Source: Polyangiaceae bacterium (GTDB taxonomy: Bacteria > Myxococcota_A > Polyangia > Polyangiales > Polyangiaceae). From it: 64,000 nucleotides of DNA. The notes under the pieces are model-generated. The model saw only the letters and a list, made by a program, of their open reading frames with translations. It did not search any database and was not told where the DNA came from. The stretch is from NCBI GenBank assembly GCA_044376115.1, contig JBILLK010000033.1, positions 48,320-112,319 of the forward strand, read 5' to 3'. The stretch's first letter is position 1, and every line of letters starts with the position of its first letter. Below, piece by piece: positions 57,801 to 64,000 of the stretch. The translations under genes were made by a program, and so were the position numbers.

Positions 57801-59513
57801 TCACTCCTGCTTGGGTTCGCGAAGGGCGAGGAAGGAGAGCGCGCCAGCTGCGACGCTGATCAGCAGCGAGACGACGTCCCACAGCGGCCAGGAGATTCCC
57901 GCCGCTCTACGCAGCACCAACGCCTCGACGAAGCGGATGGTAAGCGCGACAAGTCCGTAGCTCACGAAGGCGGCGAGGACGACCCTCCTCAACGTGCGAG
58001 CAAGCTCGATGGTCTTCGTGCTGTTGCCCCAAATGTTTTTTCGCACCAGATGCACGGCGAAGCCCGCGGGCGTCGCCAACGCCAAGGTCAGCAGGCCCAC
58101 GAGAAGAATAGCCTCGAGGCCGGTGACGTTGGCCGTCGCCCCACCACCGCGCGAGAGCCGGATTATGCCGCCGGCAAGGGTGAGCAGTCCAAACAACATT
58201 CCCAACCCACCGAGCAACCCAAGCACGACGATGGTTGGGCGCGAGACGTTGACCTCATTGTCTTTGCGGTCGAGTGCGGCAGGCGCAAGGTCGCGATGGC
58301 TGGTCAAGCGGCTTGCCGCTATAGGATCTTCAAACGCTGCGAGGTCCTCCTCCAGCGCTCGCATCGAGCCGTAACGTGCGCCCACCGCCTTCGACATGGC
58401 GCGCTGGATCACCACCTCGAGGCTCTGCGGAATCGACGCGTTCAGCGCACACGGTCGCTCGGGCTCTTCCAACAACACGGCCATGATCGTCGCTGTCGGG
58501 TCTGGCCGATCGAACGGGCGTTTGCCGGTGAGCAACTCGTACAAGATCGCCCCCGTCGCGTAGACGTCGACGCGGTGATCGACCTTCTCTCCGCGGGCCT
58601 GTTCGGGTGCCATGTATGACGGCGTGCCCATGATCATTCCCGTCTTGGTGAGGGAAGGGGCACCGCTTGCGTCGGTCACCTTGGAGATGCCGAAGTCGAT
58701 CACCTTTGCGGTGGGTTGATTGAGATCGCCCACGAGGAACACGTTCTCCGGCTTCATGTCTCGATGCACGATCCCGCGTGCGTGTGCGGCTTCTAGGCCG
58801 CGGCAAATTTGGCGCACGATGCGCACAGAGAAGCCGAGCGGAAGCGGGCCGCGTTCGCGCACCAACTCCGCAAGCTCTTTACCCTCCAGAAACTCTGCAA
58901 CGATGAACGGGCGTCCGTCGGCGGTTCTGCCGATATCGTAGACGTCGCCGACGTAGGGGCTCTCGATCGAAGCGGCCGCTTCGGCTTCGCGCTGAAAGCG
59001 ACTCTGAACTTCGGGCAACCGGGCGTACTCGGGGTGCAGGAGTTTCACCGCGAATCGCTTTCCACCGATTCGCATGTGACGAGCTTCGTAGACCCGCCCC
59101 ATGCCGCCCTCTCCGACGACGCGCAGGATGGTGTAGGTGTCCGCGACGATCTGGCCGACGAGTTCATCCGCCGGGGCTTCGGCATCAACCAGCTCAGCTG
59201 CGTCCTTCGGACAGACGCGAAACTCCGCTGGATAGCGCATGCCGCAGCTTGGGCAGCTCTTCGAGAGCATGGTTTGGCCCGTGCTGCTTGACGGCAGCTG
59301 GGCTCGAACCGCACTCGGCGGTGGGGAGGGCTCCGCGCGCCGCGGGAAGGGAATGGCCTCCGAAGGTGGCGGAGCCGGCGGTTCGGTGAATACGGCCGGA
59401 GGCGGCGCGCCGATATTGAGCTCGAGTCGAGCGGTGGAGGAGCGACTCGAAAGCGCCGGCCCAGATGCCGACGGTGGCGGTTGTGGGAGCGATCCCAGCT
59501 CGGGCGTCTTCAC
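57801..59513 (-). CDS. Ser/Thr kinase with N-terminal zinc-ribbon-like motif and C-terminal multi-TM region
   Basis: CPSC...CPKD; GEGGMGRVY, AVKLL, HRDMKPEN, DFG, YMAPEQ; about 4 C-terminal TMs. Start uncertain. Confidence 0.9.
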   Translation of the reverse strand: MKTPELGSLPQPPPSASGPALSSRSSTARLELNIGAPPPAVFTEPPAPPPSEAIPFPRRAEPSPPPSAVRAQLPSSSTGQTMLSKSCPSCGMRYPAEFRVCPKDAAELVDAEAPADELVGQIVADTYTILRVVGEGGMGRVYEARHMRIGGKRFAVKLLHPEYARLPEVQSRFQREAEAAASIESPYVGDVYDIGRTADGRPFIVAEFLEGKELAELVRERGPLPLGFSVRIVRQICRGLEAAHARGIVHRDMKPENVFLVGDLNQPTAKVIDFGISKVTDASGAPSLTKTGMIMGTPSYMAPEQARGEKVDHRVDVYATGAILYELLTGKRPFDRPDPTATIMAVLLEEPERPCALNASIPQSLEVVIQRAMSKAVGARYGSMRALEEDLAAFEDPIAASRLTSHRDLAPAALDRKDNEVNVSRPTIVVLGLLGGLGMLFGLLTLAGGIIRLSRGGGATANVTGLEAILLVGLLTLALATPAGFAVHLVRKNIWGNSTKTIELARTLRRVVLAAFVSYGLVALTIRFVEALVLRRAAGISWPLWDVVSLLISVAAGALSFLALREPKQE

Positions 59514-59580
59514 TTTTGGCAGGCTAGCGTGCTAGCGAAGGTCCGGACACGTGGAACGTTGTGATTCTTGCGGATTGGAT

Positions 59581-59608
59581 TGGACAGTCGAAGGGGTTCG
59601 CCTATAGT
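59581..59608 (+). promoter_or_regulatory. Sigma70-like promoter of rpsO
   Basis: TGGACA-N16-TATAGT followed by a GC-rich discriminator. Confidence 0.55.
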
Positions 59609-59690
59609 GCGCGCCCCTTCAGAGGGATGGCCCTCCCAGAGGGCGAGGCACAGTGCTTCGCTCGGGGTCGGGCGACAAGGTAGGTCTTTC

Positions 59691-59957
59691 ATGCTTCATC
59701 CGGTTCAAAAGAACGCGCTCATCGAACAGTTCCGAACTCACGAGTCTGATACCGGCTCGCCCGAGGTTCAGATCGCTCTGCTTTCCGAGCGAATCAACCA
59801 GCTGACGGAGCACTTCAAAACCCACAAGAAGGACCACCACTCGCGTCGTGGCTTGCTCAAGCTCGTTTCTCAGCGTCGCCGCCAGTTGGACTACTTGAAG
59901 GGTGAAGACGTCGAGCGCTACCGCTCAATCATCACCAAGCTCAATCTCCGCAAGTAA
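59691..59957 (+). CDS. rpsO: 30S ribosomal protein S15
   Basis: [27 protein letters not shown]; 88 aa. Confidence 0.98.
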   Translation: MLHPVQKNALIEQFRTHESDTGSPEVQIALLSERINQLTEHFKTHKKDHHSRRGLLKLVSQRRRQLDYLKGEDVERYRSIITKLNLRK

Positions 59958-59983
59958 ACAGGCAGTCCGGTTCCAACCGGGTA

Positions 59984-60015
59984 AGAGGCACAGTTCCGCT
60001 GGGACTGTGCCTTTT
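59984..60015 (+). terminator. Intrinsic terminator after rpsO
   Basis: AGGCACAGTTCC-gct-GGGACTGTGCCT followed by TTT. Confidence 0.75.
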
Positions 60016-60211
60016 GGCTTTTGTGCAGCGCACGGGGTGGAGGAGGTCATTGCAGCGGACGTGGACACGCAATAAGACCCCCGAGCAACTGTTCACCCGT
60101 CGGTGGGCGGGCGAAAACTTCGACTTCGCTCCGTGCGCTCGAGTTCATCGAGCGCACCGATCGAGGAAGAAGCGCCCAACCACGCGACTCTTTGACCCTC
60201 GAGGTTTGCCC

Positions 60212-62422
60212 ATGTTTGTTCGTGAATCTGTGATGTTGGGGAGCCGCCAGCTCACCTTTGAAACCGGTCGGCTTGCCAAGCAAGCGCACGGTTCGGTGCT
60301 CGTGACCTACGGCGATACCGTTGTCCTCGTCACAGCCGTTTGTACTGATGAGCGTCCTGGTCTCGACTTCTTCCCTCTCACCTGTGAGTTCGTCGAGAAG
60401 ACGTACGCGGCAGGGCGTATTCCGGGCGGCTTTTTCAAGCGAGAGGGTCGGCAGAGAGAAGAGGAGATCCTCACCTGCCGCATCATCGACCGTCCGCTTC
60501 GTCCGCTCTTCCCCGAGGGCTTCAAGAAGGACACCCAGATCATTGCCACGGTACTCTCGAGCGACCGCCAGAATCGAGCGGACGTCCTCGCCCTCACTGG
60601 CGCGAGTGCGGCTCTACACATCTCGGACATCCCGTGGGACGGCCCCATCGTTGGAATTCGAGTCGGCCGCAAGAACGGCGAGTTCGTCGCGAACCCGACG
60701 GTGGAGGAGTCCGACAAGTGCGACATCGACCTGGTGGTCGCTGTTTCGCGCGAAGCCATCATCATGGTCGAGGGCGGCGCCGCCGAAGCCACCGAGGCGG
60801 ACATCATCGACGCGCTGATGTTTGCGCATCGATCGGCTCAACCGGTCATCGATTTGATCGAGCGTATGCGCGCGGCGATCGGTAAACCCAAGCGAGAGTT
60901 CGTTGCCGCGAAGCTCGACGCCGGGATCGCCTCAGCAGTTGCTCGCGAATGCGACGCCGAGCTGAGCAAGGCGAGCCGCATCCTCAACAAGAAGGCCCGT
61001 TACGACGCTTACTCGGTGATCAAGAAGAAGCTCGCGGAGTCGCTCAAGGCGAGCCTCGGCGAGGACAAGTACAAGGAGAACGAAGGGCTCATCAAGAATG
61101 AGTTTGAAGAGCGCAAGGCTCACGTCGTTCGCACCATGGTGCTCGAGGAACGTATTCGTATCGACGCCCGAGACACGCGAACCATTCGGCCGATCGCTAC
61201 GGAAGCGGGCATCCTGCCGCGCGTTCACGGAAGTGCTTTGTTCCAGCGCGGCGAGACGCAGGCCATCGTCACCACGACGCTTGGCACCACCGCAGATGAA
61301 CAGAAGATCGATAGCTTGCTCGGGGAGACGTGGAAGCGCTTCTACCTCCACTACAACTTCCCGCCATTCTCCACCGGCGAGACCAAGCCGATGCGCGGAC
61401 CCGGCCGTCGAGAAATCGGCCACGGCGCCCTGGCTGAACGCGCGTTGGCTCGGGTGATGCCGGCCGCGGACAAATTCCCCTACACGATCCGAATCGTCAG
61501 CGAGACCCTCGAGTCCAATGGGTCCTCCTCGATGGCGGCGGTCTGTGGCGGTTGCCTGTCATTGATGGACGCTGGCGTTCCGCTAAAGGCACCTGTGGCT
61601 GGTATTGCCATGGGGTTGATCAAGGAAGGCGACAAGTTCGCAATCCTGAGCGACATCCTCGGCGATGAAGACCACCTCGGCGACATGGACTTCAAGGTCT
61701 GTGGAACCACTCGAGGCATCACGGCCATCCAGATGGACATCAAGATCCAAGGGCTCTCGCGTGAGATCATGGAGCAGGCCCTCGACCAAGCTCGCGAGGG
61801 TCGGATTCACATCCTGAACAAGATGCTCGAGACGCTACCGACCTCACGCGCCGAACTCTCGCAGTGGGCACCGCGAATCACCACCGTGAAGGTGAAGCCT
61901 GACCAGATTCGCCTGATCATCGGACCGGGCGGCAAGACCATCAAGGGCATCGTTGATCAGACGGGTGTCGCCATCGATGTTCAGGATGACGGCACGGTGA
62001 ACGTCGCCTCGAGTGACTCCGATGCAGTCAAGAAGGCGCTCGACATCATCAAGGGTCTCACGGCGGAGCCTGAGGTTGGCGTCGTTTACAAGGGGACCGT
62101 GAAGCGCATCGCCGACTTTGGCGCCTTCGTCGAAATTCTACCCAACATCGATGGTCTGGTGCACATCTCCGAGCTGGCTCACTTCCGCGTTGAACGCGTT
62201 GAAGACGTTTGCAAGGAAGGTGACGAGATGGAGGTCAAGGTCCTCAGCGTCGATCGAGACGGAAAGATTCGGCTGTCTCGCAAGGAGCTGCTGCCGCTGC
62301 CCGAAGGAATGGAAGCCGTTCAGCGTGCGCCCCGCCCCGAAGGTGGTGGTGGAGGTGGTCGCCCCCCGCGTAGCGGTGGTCGTGATGGTGGGCCCCGCCG
62401 CGATGGCGATCGGCGACGTTAG
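60212..62422 (+). CDS. pnp: Polyribonucleotide nucleotidyltransferase
   Basis: GAGGT RBS; FFPLT, GGFFKREG, RREIGHG, SNGSSSMA, DHLGDMDFKV, plus KH and S1 domains. Confidence 0.98.
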   Translation: MFVRESVMLGSRQLTFETGRLAKQAHGSVLVTYGDTVVLVTAVCTDERPGLDFFPLTCEFVEKTYAAGRIPGGFFKREGRQREEEILTCRIIDRPLRPLFPEGFKKDTQIIATVLSSDRQNRADVLALTGASAALHISDIPWDGPIVGIRVGRKNGEFVANPTVEESDKCDIDLVVAVSREAIIMVEGGAAEATEADIIDALMFAHRSAQPVIDLIERMRAAIGKPKREFVAAKLDAGIASAVARECDAELSKASRILNKKARYDAYSVIKKKLAESLKASLGEDKYKENEGLIKNEFEERKAHVVRTMVLEERIRIDARDTRTIRPIATEAGILPRVHGSALFQRGETQAIVTTTLGTTADEQKIDSLLGETWKRFYLHYNFPPFSTGETKPMRGPGRREIGHGALAERALARVMPAADKFPYTIRIVSETLESNGSSSMAAVCGGCLSLMDAGVPLKAPVAGIAMGLIKEGDKFAILSDILGDEDHLGDMDFKVCGTTRGITAIQMDIKIQGLSREIMEQALDQAREGRIHILNKMLETLPTSRAELSQWAPRITTVKVKPDQIRLIIGPGGKTIKGIVDQTGVAIDVQDDGTVNVASSDSDAVKKALDIIKGLTAEPEVGVVYKGTVKRIADFGAFVEILPNIDGLVHISELAHFRVERVEDVCKEGDEMEVKVLSVDRDGKIRLSRKELLPLPEGMEAVQRAPRPEGGGGGGRPPRSGGRDGGPRRDGDRRR

Positions 62423-62458
62423 AAACGGCTCAGCCGCATCCGCGTGAGTGCGGATAGC

Positions 62459-62492
62459 AGGGCGCGGTACCCAACGGTACCGCGCTCTTTTT
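62459..62492 (+). terminator. Intrinsic terminator after pnp
   Basis: GGGCGCGGTACC-caac-GGTACCGCGCTC followed by TTTTT. Confidence 0.85.
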
Positions 62493-62562
62493 CGTTCGAA
62501 CGCCACAATTGAAGTCGATCGAAGCGCTGTGTTTGTGCATGCATCGGGTTACCCTCGCGCGC

Positions 62563-63861
62563 ATGAAAGCCAGCTTCCGGCGAGATGCTTCTGGTGGTGT
62601 CGTGATCCAAGACGTTGCGCTTCGCGAGCTCGTAGCGACCCACCGCACTCCGCTCTACGTGTACGACGTCGACGCGATGGTTGATGAGGCCCTGGATCTC
62701 AAGGCTGGCTTCGGCTCGCGATCGCACTTGGTTGCTTACGCAGTAAAGGCCAACAGCGCTGGCCCCATCATTCGGCGCTTTGCTGCTGCGGGCCTCGGCG
62801 CAGACGTCGTTTCAGGTGCGGAGCTCCAGCTGTCGGTCGACGCCGGAATTGCTCCGAACAAGATCCTGTACAGCGGTGTGGCGAAACTTGCGCATGAGAT
62901 CGACTTGGCGATCGCGGTCGAAGGCAAAGGCATTCTCGCGCTTCAAGCGGAGAGCGTGGAAGAACTCCCACGCATCGCTGAACGCGCAAAGACGCTCGGA
63001 AAAAGGGCGCGAGTGACGCTTCGTCTCAACCCCGACATCGAGGCCGATACTCACGCGCACATTGCAACGGGACATGACGAGGCGAAGTTTGGCATTCCCG
63101 TCGAGGACCTGGGTGATGCGCTCGCGTTGGTCCTGGATTCTGAGTGGCTCGAGTTAAGCGGCATCGGCAATCACATCGGCTCCCAGCTGACTAGCCTCGA
63201 GAGCTACTGCGAGGCAGCACGCCGCATGCTGGTGTTGTTCAGAGAAACCAACCAGACAGCGCTTGCACGTGGCCAGGCGGAACTTTCCCTGATCGACTTC
63301 GGTGGAGGCTTCGGCATCGATTACGGCTCTGGTTGCCCGGTCACCCCACGCGACTTCGCCCGCGAGCTTGTCGGCTTGTGCAGTCAGAACCTTCCGGGAC
63401 GCGTGCTCGCGGTGGTCGAACCTGGAAGAAGCCTGGTCGCAGCTCACGGAGCCATCGTTTCATCGGTCGTGATGCAGAAGTCCACCCGACACCGCGAGCC
63501 AGTTCGGCGCTGGCTAATGATCGATGCGGGCATGAACGATCTGATGCGGCCAGCGCTCTACGGCGCCTTTCATCGAATCGTCCCCCTCGTGGAAAGCGGT
63601 GGCGAAGCGTTACCTGTTCGCGTGGTTGGGCCAGTCTGCGAGAGTTCGGACGACTTCGGCGAGCATTGCTTGCCGCTGAACGCTGAGCACGTGTTGATTC
63701 GGGACGCAGGCGCTTACGGCTTTACGATGGCCAGTGAGTACAACGGCCGCCCGCTTCCGACTGAGATCTTCCTCGAGCAAAGCGGCGTTTCTCATGTGCG
63801 AAAGGCGAACCCTGTGTCCGCCTGGATTGAGGAACGCTTGATGAACCGTCAGCCCACCTAG
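62563..63861 (+). CDS. lysA: Diaminopimelate decarboxylase
   Basis: TPLYVYD, YAVKANS (PLP lysine), HIGSQ, FGGGFG, EPGRSLV, GPVCESSD, AGAYG and YNGRP. Confidence 0.95.
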   Translation: MKASFRRDASGGVVIQDVALRELVATHRTPLYVYDVDAMVDEALDLKAGFGSRSHLVAYAVKANSAGPIIRRFAAAGLGADVVSGAELQLSVDAGIAPNKILYSGVAKLAHEIDLAIAVEGKGILALQAESVEELPRIAERAKTLGKRARVTLRLNPDIEADTHAHIATGHDEAKFGIPVEDLGDALALVLDSEWLELSGIGNHIGSQLTSLESYCEAARRMLVLFRETNQTALARGQAELSLIDFGGGFGIDYGSGCPVTPRDFARELVGLCSQNLPGRVLAVVEPGRSLVAAHGAIVSSVVMQKSTRHREPVRRWLMIDAGMNDLMRPALYGAFHRIVPLVESGGEALPVRVVGPVCESSDDFGEHCLPLNAEHVLIRDAGAYGFTMASEYNGRPLPTEIFLEQSGVSHVRKANPVSAWIEERLMNRQPT

Positions 63862-63889
63862 CGGTTGAGAGCCGATTTCATCGGGATTT

Positions 63890-63951
63890 GAAAAATAGTT
63901 TAGGGAAGAAAAAGAAAAGGCTTGGCAAGCGGGGGGTGGCTCGCCTACTTA
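63890..63951 (+). promoter_or_regulatory. Probable stable-RNA-type promoter with A-tract UP element
   Basis: A-rich tracts, then TTGGCA-N18-TACTTA and a GC-rich downstream leader. Confidence 0.45.
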
Positions 63952-64000
63952 ACGCCTCGTCGCCGGCAACGGCGGCGCGAAACGAAAAGCAAACGGGTCG

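Noticed and set aside
1..64000. Prophage, IS element, integrase or defence island
   Set aside because: No transposase, integrase, phage or nuclease-effector motifs were recognised, and no clear compositional break is visible by eye.

Overview
GC-rich chromosomal window from a myxobacterium, most consistent with Polyangiales/Sorangiineae (inferred from gene content). The left half (about 2-34.7 kb) holds a largely consolidated adventurous-gliding (Glt) locus: two myxobacterial OM beta-barrels (GltA/B/H family), a divergent Cys-rich GltK/CglC-like lipoprotein, gltC-gltD-gltE-gltF-gltG, an unassigned TPR lipoprotein and a 3862-aa GltI/AgmK-like TPR protein. ftsY, yraN and three uncharacterised envelope genes are interleaved. 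No aglRQS motor or gltJ is visible. A Ser/Thr kinase / TPR-PEGA / Cys-rich BMP-lipoprotein triad follows. The right half is mostly housekeeping (epmA, rsgA, pgsA, lon, hisS, ruvX, rpsO, pnp, lysA). It also carries a lon-metallopeptidase-hybrid kinase operon, a triple-FKBP Tat lipoprotein coupled to an exported aromatic-Pro repeat protein, and a second Ser/Thr kinase. A 37-bp palindromic dispersed repeat occurs three times (7.6 kb once, 41.3 kb twice). No CRISPR, rRNA, complete tRNA or transposase was found. All family calls come from motif recognition and synteny, not database searches.
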